The notes below the pieces were generated by a model, which was not told the DNA's origin, ran no database searches, and was given only the letters and a program-made list of their open reading frames with translations. From Clostridia bacterium (GTDB lineage Bacteria; Bacillota; Clostridia; Christensenellales; CAG-917): a stretch of 64,000 nucleotides of DNA. Shown one piece after another: positions 35,853 through 45,134 of the stretch. Made by a program: the position numbers and the translations under genes. The DNA is taken from positions 20,607 to 84,606 of the forward strand of contig CAAFLX010000037.1 of the NCBI GenBank assembly GCA_900763875.1. Reading direction: 5' to 3'. Each line of letters begins with the position of its first letter. Positions within the stretch are counted from its first letter, which is position 1.

Positions 35853-36230
35853 ATGCAGTTTCTATTTTTTGTGTTGGCAGGGCTTTTGGGCGGTGTGCTT
35901 GCAGGTATGGGAATGGGTGGCGGAACACTCACTTTGCCTTTGCTTGTCGTGCTGATGGGCGTTGAGCAAAAGAGTGCGCAATTTGCAAATCTAATCGCCT
36001 TTTTGCCATCGGGTGGCATTGCCCTTGCCTTGCACGCAAAAAACGGGTTGATTGCCAAAAACAACTTGGTGTTTATGCTCGTTCCGTCCTTGATTGCTTG
36101 TGTTGTCTGCTCGATTTTCGTTGCAAAGATTGACGGCGAGTTGCTAAAAAAATTGTTTGGCGGTTTTTTGGTGTCGATTGCGGTTTGCTCCTTTTTTGCC
36201 AAAATCAAACAAGCGGCAAAGAGCGGATAA
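35853..36230 (+). CDS. TauE/SafE (DUF81) family half-size membrane protein
   Basis: GAGGTG then ATG 35853. GMGMGGGTLTLP motif, 4 TM helices. Confidence 0.65.
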   Translation: MQFLFFVLAGLLGGVLAGMGMGGGTLTLPLLVVLMGVEQKSAQFANLIAFLPSGGIALALHAKNGLIAKNNLVFMLVPSLIACVVCSIFVAKIDGELLKKLFGGFLVSIAVCSFFAKIKQAAKSG

Positions 36231-36319
36231 AATTCGACTTGGTTCACTTTGAGAGCATCGCGTGAAACCAAACTTCGATTTAGTTGCGGAAAAATCATAA
36301 AAAAATCAAAAAAGGGGTA

Positions 36320-36348
36320 TTTACATTGTATGTTTTCTAATGTATAAT
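36320..36348 (+). promoter_or_regulatory. putative rnf operon promoter
   Basis: TTTACA 36320-36325, 17-nt spacer, TGtATAAT (-10 at 36343-36348). Confidence 0.5.
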
Positions 36349-36388
36349 TATTTCAAAGTTATAAGTTAGAAGAAAAGGATTTTTCGGT

Positions 36389-37693
36389 ATGACGATTCCG
36401 TTTAGGACTTTTCGCCGAGGCATTCATCCGCCGGCGAACAAGTTTACAAAAGACGCACCTCTTGAGCAGTTCCCAACGCCTGAGAGGGTTTTCATTTCTC
36501 TGTCGCAGCACATCGGCGCGCCTGCAAAGGCGGTTGTTTCGGTCGGCGACCACGTTGACGAAGGGCAGCTCATCGGCGAGGCGAACGGCTTTGTTTCGGC
36601 AAACGTTTTTTCGTCGGTGTCGGGGGTTGTGAAAAGCATATGCACTTTGCCCACCGCAAACGGCGGCGAGGCGACGCACGTCGAGATTGAAAACGATTAT
36701 CTTTATACCAAACGCACGCTTCCACCCCTCAAAAACCCCACCAAAGACGAGATTATCAAGCGCGTCAAGGACGCCGGCATAGTGGGTATGGGCGGCGCGA
36801 CTTTTCCCACGCATATCAAACTTATGCCCAAGGACAAGGTGGACACGCTCATCATCAACGGCGCGGAGTGCGAGCCTTATATCACTTGCGACTACCGTCT
36901 GTTTTTGGAAGAGGCGGACACCATTCTCAAAGGCATAGATTTGCTGCTCACCGCGCTCGATGTCAAGCACGCCTACGTCGGCATAGAGGCAAACAAGCCG
37001 CTTGCAATCAAGCATCTTGTGGACGTTGCGCCCAAGTACGTTGACGTGATGCGCCTCAAAGCCAAATATCCGCAAGGCGCGGAAAAACAGCTCATTTACG
37101 CAACGACGCACCGCGTCGTCCCCACGGGCGAGTTGCCTGCAAAAGTCGGTTGCGTGGTGTGCAACGCGCTCACGGTCTACGCCATTGCAAAAGCGGTGTA
37201 CGAGGGCGAGCCTTGCTACAAGCGCACAATGACGGTGACGGGCGGCGGCGTGAACAGAACGGGCAATTTTTGGGTGCGCAACGGCGTGCAATATCAATAT
37301 ATATACGACGTGTGCAGAGGCAACAAGAGCGAGGAGTTGACAAGAAAGGTTGTCAGCGGCGGGCCTATGATGGGTTTTGCGCAGTCATCTTTGTTGCCTG
37401 CTTGCACAAAAGGTTCGTCGTGCATATTGTTTTTGACGGACAAGGAGTTCAACACCGACCCGACCACGCCGTGCATAAGTTGCGGCAAGTGTATCATCAA
37501 CTGTCCGATGTCCCTCGTGCCCAGAGAACTTGAAAAGGCGGTTGAAAAGGACGATTTTTCGGCGGCGAACAAACTCGGAGTGCTCAACTGCATAGAGTGC
37601 GGCGCGTGCTCCTATTCTTGCCCTGCAAAGCGGCCTCTCGTGCAAGCGATGCGTCTTGCCAAAAAAGAAATAAAAGCAAGGGGGATAAAGTAA
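36389..37693 (+). CDS. rnfC: Rnf complex subunit C
   Basis: FRRGIHPP N-terminus, GMGGATFPTH, two CxxCxxCxxxCP clusters. Confidence 0.9.
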   Translation: MTIPFRTFRRGIHPPANKFTKDAPLEQFPTPERVFISLSQHIGAPAKAVVSVGDHVDEGQLIGEANGFVSANVFSSVSGVVKSICTLPTANGGEATHVEIENDYLYTKRTLPPLKNPTKDEIIKRVKDAGIVGMGGATFPTHIKLMPKDKVDTLIINGAECEPYITCDYRLFLEEADTILKGIDLLLTALDVKHAYVGIEANKPLAIKHLVDVAPKYVDVMRLKAKYPQGAEKQLIYATTHRVVPTGELPAKVGCVVCNALTVYAIAKAVYEGEPCYKRTMTVTGGGVNRTGNFWVRNGVQYQYIYDVCRGNKSEELTRKVVSGGPMMGFAQSSLLPACTKGSSCILFLTDKEFNTDPTTPCISCGKCIINCPMSLVPRELEKAVEKDDFSAANKLGVLNCIECGACSYSCPAKRPLVQAMRLAKKEIKARGIK

Positions 37694-37694
37694 T

Positions 37695-38771
37695 ATGCCA
37701 CAATACGTTGTATCTTCATCCCCTCATATATCAACCACGTTCACCACACGCAAGATGATGCTTGACGTCATCATCGCGCTCATACCTGCCACAATCGCAA
37801 GCGTCTTGCTCTATGGATTCTATCCGCTTTGTATGATGATATTGTGCGTTGGCACTTGTGTGTTTTCAGAGTGGCTTTTCAACGTAATCACAAAGCGTTT
37901 CCAAAGCGTAGGGGACTTGTCGGCGATTGTCACGGGCATGATACTTGCCCTCAATCTTCCTCCCGTCGTGCCGTTTTACGTGCCGATTGTGGGCGGATTC
38001 TTTGCAATCGTCATCGTCAAAATGCTCTTTGGCGGCATCGGCAAAAACTTTGCAAACCCTGCAATCACCGCGCGCATATTCCTGCTCCTTTGCTGGACGG
38101 GGGTTATGACGAGCTTTGTTTCGCCAATCACCCTCGACAAGGGCGCAAATCTGTTTTTGTTCTTCGACCGCGCGGTTGACGTGGATATAAGCGCAATCAC
38201 GAGCGCGACTCCGCTTGCAGGCTTGAAAGGCTCGATTGCGGCAGGCACAAACCCTGCGGCAGGGCTGAATGCGCTCGATATGTTCATTGGCAGAATAGGG
38301 GGCAGCGCGGGCGAGGTCAGCACCCTTGCAATTCTCATAGGCGGAATATACTTGCTTGTGCGCAGAGTGATAGACTGGCGTATTCCTGCGCTCTATCTCG
38401 GCTCGGTGGTGGTGTTCACGGCAATCTTTTTTGCCGACACCGGCTATGTCGGAGAGTATATCTGGACGTATCTGCTTGGCGGCGGTCTTATGTTCGGCGC
38501 GTTCTTTATGGCAACCGACTACGCAACCTCGCCAAAATCTTGCCTTGCCGTTGTGATATACGGCGTTGGACTCGGATTCTTGACGGTGCTGTTTAGGAAG
38601 TTCGGCACAATGAACGAGGGTGTATCTTTTGCGATATTGCTTATGAACGTTCTCACGCCATTGCTCGACAAGATTATGCCCAGAGTGTTCGGCGCGCCCA
38701 AGAAATTCAACGTTGCAAAACTTGTAAAGCGCAAAAGCAAGGAAGTTGCACAAGGAGGCGAAAATGACTGA
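37695..38771 (+). CDS. rnfD: Rnf complex subunit D
   Basis: SSPHI N-terminus, polytopic, TGATPL-like SATPLAG motif. Confidence 0.9.
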   Translation: MPQYVVSSSPHISTTFTTRKMMLDVIIALIPATIASVLLYGFYPLCMMILCVGTCVFSEWLFNVITKRFQSVGDLSAIVTGMILALNLPPVVPFYVPIVGGFFAIVIVKMLFGGIGKNFANPAITARIFLLLCWTGVMTSFVSPITLDKGANLFLFFDRAVDVDISAITSATPLAGLKGSIAAGTNPAAGLNALDMFIGRIGGSAGEVSTLAILIGGIYLLVRRVIDWRIPALYLGSVVVFTAIFFADTGYVGEYIWTYLLGGGLMFGAFFMATDYATSPKSCLAVVIYGVGLGFLTVLFRKFGTMNEGVSFAILLMNVLTPLLDKIMPRVFGAPKKFNVAKLVKRKSKEVAQGGEND

Positions 38772-39543
38772 CGACAAGTTGAACAAAGCCTCGATTCCGA
38801 CCGAGGAATCAGCCGTAACTTTGACAGAGGAAAACGGCGCAACATTGCAAGAGTGCGCAACTGACAACAAACAAAACGGCGACAATGATATTGAAGTGAC
38901 AAAAAACGACGAAAAAAACAATAAAACGACAAAAAGTAAAAAAGACGATGCAAACAAGCCCAAACGAAAACTCGGCGACGTTGCAAAATGCACCATAGTT
39001 TTGTCGGTGATTGCGCTTGTGGCAGGGTTGTTGCTCGGCATTGTCAACTGGGTGACGTACGTTGATCCCGACGGCGTTATATCCGACAAATGCACGTCGT
39101 ATTTTGCAAGCGCAACCGCTGAAAAGAACGATAAACTCGCCTCATACGACTATGACAAAAACAACTACGTCAAATCTTGTTTCGTGGCAAAAAACGGCGA
39201 GGAAGTCGTGGGATATTGCTACTATTCGGTGGGCGGCGGCGCAAAGGACGGCTCGATTGAACTTTTGGTGTTCATCGGCAGCGACGGCGTGATAAAAGAG
39301 ATTTCCGTCTACGAGCAGGGCGAAACGGCAGGCTACTTTGACAAGGTGGAAAAAGCCAACAAGTCAAAATATGTCGGCTTGAACGCAAAGACGCTCAAAC
39401 GCCTCGAACTCGTCAAAAACAAAACCGAACTCAAAGACGGCGAAATAAGCGCGGTAAGCTCTGCAACGTACACCTCAACCGGCTATCACAACGCCATTGC
39501 GGCGGCGGTGTACGCATATAGAACCTATATCGAGGAGGCGTGA
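38764..39543 (+). CDS. rnfG: Rnf complex subunit G (FMN-binding) with about 65-aa acidic N-terminal extension
   Basis: AAGGAGG before ATG 38764 (overlaps the rnfD stop). TM helix, then FMN-attachment motif SAVSSATYTS. Confidence 0.85.
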   Translation: MTDDKLNKASIPTEESAVTLTEENGATLQECATDNKQNGDNDIEVTKNDEKNNKTTKSKKDDANKPKRKLGDVAKCTIVLSVIALVAGLLLGIVNWVTYVDPDGVISDKCTSYFASATAEKNDKLASYDYDKNNYVKSCFVAKNGEEVVGYCYYSVGGGAKDGSIELLVFIGSDGVIKEISVYEQGETAGYFDKVEKANKSKYVGLNAKTLKRLELVKNKTELKDGEISAVSSATYTSTGYHNAIAAAVYAYRTYIEEA

Positions 39544-39544
39544 T

Positions 39545-40264
39545 ATGAATAAACAAAATTCAAAACTTCAAATTTTGTCCAACGGCATATTCGCGCAAAA
39601 CCCGACGTTCAGGCTTGTGTTGGGTATGTGTCCAACGCTTGCAATCACCACGAGCGCGTTCAACGGCTTGGGTATGGGGCTTGCGGCAACGCTCATTTTG
39701 ATATGCTCCAACGCATTGGTGTCGCTTCTTCGCAAAGTCATACCCGACAAAGTGCGTATCCCTGCCTACGTGCTTATCATCGCAACGTTTGTCACCTTGC
39801 TTGAAATGTTGCTCAAAAAGTTTATTCCGACGCTATACAGCGCGCTGGGCATCTACCTGCCGCTCATTGTCGTCAACTGCATCATATTGGCGCGCGCAGA
39901 GGCTTTTGCAAGCTCCAACAAAGTTGGCGACAGCATTTTGGACGGCATGGGTATGGGGCTTGGATTCACCCTTGCGCTCACTTGCCTCGGCTTTGTCAGA
40001 GAGCTTTTGGGCAGCGGCACGATATTTGCAGGCACGCTCGGCTCGCTCTCGTTCGGCATATCGCTCGGCGCGGCGCAAAAATATTCGCTTGCATTCTTCG
40101 TCCTTCCTGCCGGCGGATTCCTTACGCTGGGGCTTGCAATGGCTCTTGTAAATTGGATTGGCGACAAGCAGGCGCAAAAGAAACAGGCAGAGGCTGAAAA
40201 AGCCGCTCAAAATATCGACAAAGCCAAGTCTTTGCTCGAACAAAATACGGGGGAGGCTGAATGA
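39545..40264 (+). CDS. rnfE: Rnf complex subunit E
   Basis: NPTFRLVLGMCPTLA signature. Confidence 0.9.
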   Translation: MNKQNSKLQILSNGIFAQNPTFRLVLGMCPTLAITTSAFNGLGMGLAATLILICSNALVSLLRKVIPDKVRIPAYVLIIATFVTLLEMLLKKFIPTLYSALGIYLPLIVVNCIILARAEAFASSNKVGDSILDGMGMGLGFTLALTCLGFVRELLGSGTIFAGTLGSLSFGISLGAAQKYSLAFFVLPAGGFLTLGLAMALVNWIGDKQAQKKQAEAEKAAQNIDKAKSLLEQNTGEAE

Positions 40265-40881
40265 TGGAATACTTTTTGCTCATAATCGGAGCGATGTTTG
40301 TCAACAACTTCGTTCTCAGTCAATTCCTCGGCATATGTCCCTTCCTCGGCGTGTCCAAAAAGACGGACACCGCACTCGGTATGGGGTTTGCGGTCACGTT
40401 TGTTATGGGAGTTGCCAGCGTGATAACTTGGTGCGTACAAAAGGCACTGGTTGCGCTCGGCGTCGAATATTTGCAAACCATTGCATTTATTCTTGTCATC
40501 GCCGCGCTCGTGCAACTCATCGAAATGGTGCTGAAAAAATATATGCCCTCGCTGTACAGCGCGCTTGGCGTATATCTTCCGCTCATCACAACCAACTGCG
40601 CGGTGCTCGGCGTTGCGATTCTCAACATCGACACTTTCGGCGTTGCGAGCGGCATAAGTTTGTTGCAATCCTTCCTCAACGGCACGTTCAGCGGAGTGGG
40701 CTTTCTCATTGCGATTCTGCTCCTTGCGGGCGTGCGCGAAAAAATGGATTTGGACGCCGTTCCAAAGCCGTTTAGAGGTTTTCCCATCACGCTCATATCG
40801 GCAAGCATACTCAGCATGGCTTTCGTGGCGTTTGGCGGACTCATCTCGTCTTCGGGCGCGGTGACGTTGGTGTTTCCTTGA
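40261..40881 (+). CDS. rnfA: Rnf complex subunit A
   Basis: NNFVLSQFLGICPFLGVS signature. ATGA overlap with rnfE. Confidence 0.9.
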   Translation: MMEYFLLIIGAMFVNNFVLSQFLGICPFLGVSKKTDTALGMGFAVTFVMGVASVITWCVQKALVALGVEYLQTIAFILVIAALVQLIEMVLKKYMPSLYSALGVYLPLITTNCAVLGVAILNIDTFGVASGISLLQSFLNGTFSGVGFLIAILLLAGVREKMDLDAVPKPFRGFPITLISASILSMAFVAFGGLISSSGAVTLVFP

Positions 40882-40895
40882 GGAGGTGATGCCCT

Positions 40896-41777
40896 ATGCT
40901 TAACTTACTTTCGGGTGCAACCGTAAACCCTATGACGATACTCTATTCGACGCTGGTGCTGCTTGTTCTTGCATTGCTGTTCGGCTTTACGCTTGCGGTG
41001 CTGGGCAAAAAATTTGCAGTCCGCGAGGACGAGCGCATTAAGCTCGTGCGTGAAAAGTTGTCGGGCGCAAATTGCGGCGGTTGCGGATATGCGGGCTGTG
41101 ACGCTTTTGCAAAAGCGGTGGTCGAGGGCAAGGCGGACATAAACGCTTGCGCGGCGACTTCTGCCGACAACAAAAAAGCGATTGCCGACATTATGGGGCA
41201 AAACATCACAAGCGAGGACACCGTGATTGTCGTTGCGTGCAGCGGCGGCGACAACGCCTTGAACAAGTATGAATATATGGGCTATGGCAACTGTCGGAGT
41301 ATGGAACTGCTCGGAGGCGGCAAAAAGCAATGCAAGTGGGGTTGCCTCGGCATGGGCTCGTGCGTCGAAACCTGTCCGTTCGGAGCAATGGAAATCGGCA
41401 AGAACGGCTATGCCCAAGTCAACCGCGACAAGTGCGTGGCGTGCGGCAAGTGTATCGACGCCTGTCCCAAAAAGCTCGTCAAGCGTATTCCTGCAAGCGC
41501 AAAATACTACGTTGCCTGCTCCAACTGTTTGAGAGGTTTGAAGGACGTGCGCGCGCTGTGTTCGGCAGGCTGTATAGGCTGCGGATTGTGCGCAAAGGTG
41601 TGTCCGAACGGAGCGATAACTTTGATCGACAACCTTGCGGTCATAGACTACCAAAAGTGTACGGGCTGCGGAATATGCGCCTCAAAATGCCCCTCGAAGT
41701 GCATTTTGCAGGTCAACAAGGCAAAACAAAACGAAGAAATCCAAGACGCAACCCTCGATGCGTCATCGGCAAATTAA
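40896..41777 (+). CDS. rnfB: Rnf complex subunit B
   Basis: N-terminal TM helix, CGGCGYAGCDAFA cluster and several ferredoxin-type CxxCxxCxxxCP motifs. Confidence 0.9.
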   Translation: MLNLLSGATVNPMTILYSTLVLLVLALLFGFTLAVLGKKFAVREDERIKLVREKLSGANCGGCGYAGCDAFAKAVVEGKADINACAATSADNKKAIADIMGQNITSEDTVIVVACSGGDNALNKYEYMGYGNCRSMELLGGGKKQCKWGCLGMGSCVETCPFGAMEIGKNGYAQVNRDKCVACGKCIDACPKKLVKRIPASAKYYVACSNCLRGLKDVRALCSAGCIGCGLCAKVCPNGAITLIDNLAVIDYQKCTGCGICASKCPSKCILQVNKAKQNEEIQDATLDASSAN

Positions 41778-41875
41778 GAGTACCCAAGATCTACTAGGCG
41801 GGAAAATAGAAAAAAGAAATACGAATTGAACAATCGTCCTCAAAAGGACGCGGCAAACGCCGTTAGGAGAATTAT

Positions 41876-43396
41876 ATGGAAAAAATAGCGATTATCGACA
41901 TTGGCTCAAACTCTGCAAGACTCGTGTTGGTCAACGTGCTGGACGGAGGCTACTTCGTCGTCTTTGACGAACTCAAAGAGACCGTACGACTCGGACAAGA
42001 TATGGACTGGGACGGCTTCATCAAGCCGCAGCGCATTGCGCAGACGATAAAAACGCTTACGATGTTCCGCCGCTTGTGCGACGCGAACAAGGTGGACAAA
42101 ATCTTTGCATACGCAACTGCGGCTGTCAGACGCGCAAAAAACCAAAAGAGTTTCCTCGACGAGGTGGCAATGACTTGCGGCATCAAAATCAAGGTGCTTA
42201 CTCCAGAGGAGCAGGCGATGCTCGTCTATCAAGGCGTCATCAACTCTATGGACATTCCCAAGGGCTTGATTATGGAAATGGGCGGCGGCTCGACCAACCT
42301 CATCTACTACAATCGCCGCAACCTCATTCACTTTGAAACCCTGCCTTTCGGCGCGGTTACGCTCACCGACCTGTTCAAAAACGATATGTCAACGCCCGAA
42401 GAGCGCGCAAAGAAAATCGAGGATTTCATCGGCGAACAGCTTGAAAAGATAACTTGGCTTGACAGCATCGAGCCGGATACGGCGTTCGTGGGAGTGGGCG
42501 GCAGTTTCAGAAATTTGGGCAGAATCAGCCGTCTTATCAAGAAATATCCCTTCAATATGACGCACAACTACGAGTTGCCCGTCACCGAGTTTGAGAACAT
42601 CTACAACACCATTCGCAAGCTCGACCTCAACAGCACGATGAAGATAAAAGGGCTTTCGAGCGGACGCGCGGACATCTTCCCGAGCGCGCTTGCGGTTATG
42701 AAAGCGGTGCTTTCGCGTTTCGATTTTGCCAAAATCACAATCAGCGGTTGCGGTTTGAGAGAGGGCGCGATGTTCCGCTATGCCGTCCCCGGCGTCAATG
42801 AAAGACCGCTCTCGGACGTGCTTGGTCACTCAATCTACACGCAGATGAAGTATCACGACCTCAACGTCGCGCACGCAGAGCACGTCTACAATCTCTCCAT
42901 TCAGCTCTTCAAACAACTCAAAGTGTTGCACAAGATGCCCAGAGTGTACGTCAGAGTGCTCAAAATCGCCGCGCTTTTGCACGACAGTGGTATGCGTATC
43001 AAATTCTACAACCACCAGCTCCATTCGGCGTACATCATTCTCAACAGCAACCTTTACGGCGTGCCGCACAAGGACATCGTGGTGGCGGCGTTCGTTGCCG
43101 CAGGGCATAGAAAAGCCGAAAACGCGCGCGAGGAAATCCTCAAATACAAGGATATGCTCACCCAAGAGGACGTGGACGCAATCAGAAAACTTTCCGTCAT
43201 CTTGCGCATTGCAGAGAGCTTTGACAGAAGTCAGAGCGGCGTGGTCACGGGCATCAACTGCGACGTGCTAGGCGACAGCGTAATCGTCAAAACCGAGTGC
43301 GAAAACGGCGGCGATTGCACTCTCGAAGTCAAAGACGCAATGGGCGCGGCTTCCGAGTTTAAGGCGGCGTACGGCAAGAATCTCGAAATTCTTTGA
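41876..43396 (+). CDS. Ppx/GppA-family phosphatase
   Basis: AIIDIGSNSARLV N-terminus, actin-like fold motifs, C-terminal HD-like LLHDSG. Confidence 0.85.
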   Translation: MEKIAIIDIGSNSARLVLVNVLDGGYFVVFDELKETVRLGQDMDWDGFIKPQRIAQTIKTLTMFRRLCDANKVDKIFAYATAAVRRAKNQKSFLDEVAMTCGIKIKVLTPEEQAMLVYQGVINSMDIPKGLIMEMGGGSTNLIYYNRRNLIHFETLPFGAVTLTDLFKNDMSTPEERAKKIEDFIGEQLEKITWLDSIEPDTAFVGVGGSFRNLGRISRLIKKYPFNMTHNYELPVTEFENIYNTIRKLDLNSTMKIKGLSSGRADIFPSALAVMKAVLSRFDFAKITISGCGLREGAMFRYAVPGVNERPLSDVLGHSIYTQMKYHDLNVAHAEHVYNLSIQLFKQLKVLHKMPRVYVRVLKIAALLHDSGMRIKFYNHQLHSAYIILNSNLYGVPHKDIVVAAFVAAGHRKAENAREEILKYKDMLTQEDVDAIRKLSVILRIAESFDRSQSGVVTGINCDVLGDSVIVKTECENGGDCTLEVKDAMGAASEFKAAYGKNLEIL

Positions 43397-43437
43397 GGTT
43401 TTTGCACAACCGATTGAAACGCAATCGAACAAGCACA

Positions 43438-44031
43438 ATGAACAGATTTTCAAATCAAGTGATTCTCGCCTCGTCCTCGCCTCGTCGCAAGGAAATACTT
43501 GACGAAATGGGCGTAAAATACGAGGTTGTCCCTGCCGATATCGACGAGAGCGAGATAAAGTCCCGTTTTCCGTTTTTGCTCGTCAAAAAACTGGCGGTTG
43601 CAAAGGCGGAGCACGTTGCCATAGGACATAGGCTTTCAACCGTCATAGCGGCGGACACAATCGTCGTGTTGGACGGGAAAGTGTACGGCAAACCGCACGA
43701 CAGAGCGCGCGCTTTCGATATGATAAAGAGCCTCAACGGGCGCACACACACCGTTTATACGGGCGTTTGCGTGACGTGCGAGGGCAAAAAGAGAGTGTTT
43801 TGCTCAAAGTCGCGCGTCACTTTCAAAAGCCTCACCGACACGCAAATCTACGCCTATATCGACGAGTGCAAGCCCTTTGACAAGGCAGGCGCATACGGGA
43901 TTCAAGACAAAAGAATAGTACAAAAATACAGCGGCAGCTATTCCAATATTATGGGACTGCCCAAAGAAAAACTCGGCGACGTTCTCGCCGAAGTCGGAGT
44001 TATCAATGGCTACAATAGAACTTTCGATTGA
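43438..44031 (+). CDS. maf: Maf-like nucleoside triphosphate pyrophosphatase
   Basis: ILASSSPRR, AADTIV, KAGAYGIQ motifs. ATG 43438 is chosen because it aligns with Maf N-termini. Confidence 0.85.
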   Translation: MNRFSNQVILASSSPRRKEILDEMGVKYEVVPADIDESEIKSRFPFLLVKKLAVAKAEHVAIGHRLSTVIAADTIVVLDGKVYGKPHDRARAFDMIKSLNGRTHTVYTGVCVTCEGKKRVFCSKSRVTFKSLTDTQIYAYIDECKPFDKAGAYGIQDKRIVQKYSGSYSNIMGLPKEKLGDVLAEVGVINGYNRTFD

Positions 44032-45004
44032 TCTTGGCAGCAAGTTTATCACAATCTACCAAAAGGGCATAGGGCTTGTTTTGCGCGAGCCTGCCATCGC
44101 TATTGCCACAAAATCCCGCAATCGCCTCGAAATCCGCGACGCAGGATATAGGGCGGAAAGCGTTATGACGGGGTCGCTTGGAGGAGCAAGAGTCATCGCG
44201 CCCATAAAAGAGGGCATCATCGTTGACGAGGAGATGGCGACAATGCTCATTCATTACTTCCTCAAAAAAATCATTCCCGAAGGGCTTTTTATGCCTCGAA
44301 TCAAGGCAATCGTATCCATTTGCGAGTCCTCGTCAGGCTCTGATAGGCGCGCTGTGGAGAAGTGTTGCCTAAAAGCCGGCATCAAAGAGGTTACGCTCGT
44401 CGAGTCGGGGTTGAGTCTGCTTGCCTACACCAACAGCATCGGCGGACTTTTTGTGGATATCGGCGGCGGAAAAACCGAAATCTCGGCTGTCACCAACCAC
44501 GGCATCGCAACGGGTTGCTCGGTCAACATCGCAGGCGACGCGTTCAACAACGCAATCATTGACAGTTTGTATATGAATTACGGTGTGAAGGTGGGCGAAT
44601 TTACCATTGAAAATCTCAAAAAATCCGCTCTGTCTTTCTACATCAACGACGAGGGCAGCTATGCAGTCAGCGGCGGCAGTGCGGACGGCTCGCCACGCTC
44701 CCTTTACGTCACCGCCGAGCAAATGCGCGACGCGGTCATTCCCCTCGTTGACGATTTGATTGAAGTCATAATGTCGGTGCTCAATCAAGCTCCGCCCGAA
44801 CTCTCCGCCGAGATTTTGCGCAAAGGCATCTTTGTGTCGGGCGGCTCTTTGCATATCCCCGGTCTTATCGAGTATTTGGAGCAAGCTCTCGAACTTCCCG
44901 TCACGCCTCTCAAAGACATCGAAAACGCGATTGCAATCGGCGGCGCGAGGTTCTTTGAGGAGAGGAATTTGTTGTCGGATATGCTGGGAGTAAAACTCTA
45001 TTAA
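44006..45004 (+). CDS. divergent MreB/Mbl-family actin-like protein
   Basis: IDLGS...REPA.A, IAPIKEGII.D, FVDIGGGKTEI, GGS..IPGL are collinear with MreB, but the phosphate-1 motif is degenerate (GSKF instead of GTANT). Overlaps the maf end by 26 nt. Confidence 0.7.
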   Translation: MATIELSIDLGSKFITIYQKGIGLVLREPAIAIATKSRNRLEIRDAGYRAESVMTGSLGGARVIAPIKEGIIVDEEMATMLIHYFLKKIIPEGLFMPRIKAIVSICESSSGSDRRAVEKCCLKAGIKEVTLVESGLSLLAYTNSIGGLFVDIGGGKTEISAVTNHGIATGCSVNIAGDAFNNAIIDSLYMNYGVKVGEFTIENLKKSALSFYINDEGSYAVSGGSADGSPRSLYVTAEQMRDAVIPLVDDLIEVIMSVLNQAPPELSAEILRKGIFVSGGSLHIPGLIEYLEQALELPVTPLKDIENAIAIGGARFFEERNLLSDMLGVKLY

Positions 45005-45006
45005 GA

Positions 45007-45134
45007 AAAAACCGCGCCAAATCGCGCCTAGCTTCGTCAGAGCCACTTTCTCCGAATAGTCACGTACGTCTATGTACGCTCCTATCCGTTGACAGTGGCT
45101 CTTTCTTGTTATGCATCGATTTGGCGCAGTTTTT
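45007..45134. terminator. 128-nt compound hairpin with flanking A/T runs (likely bidirectional terminator)
   Basis: AAAAACCGCGCCAAATCG 45007-45024 pairs with CGATTTGGCGCAGTTTTT 45117-45134 (one mismatch). It encloses AGAGCCACT 45039-45047 / AGTGGCTCT 45094-45102. Confidence 0.55.

Noticed and set aside
36240-36272. TTGGTTCAC-N14-GTGAAACCAA upstream of the rnf promoter as a Rex operator.
   Set aside because: The half-site orientation is inverted relative to the Rex consensus (TTGTGAA-N4-TTCACAA) and the spacing is wrong. More likely a simple hairpin.
36359-37297. 312-aa antisense ORF opposite rnfC.
   Set aside because: rnfC is unambiguous, and the antisense frame has no motifs.
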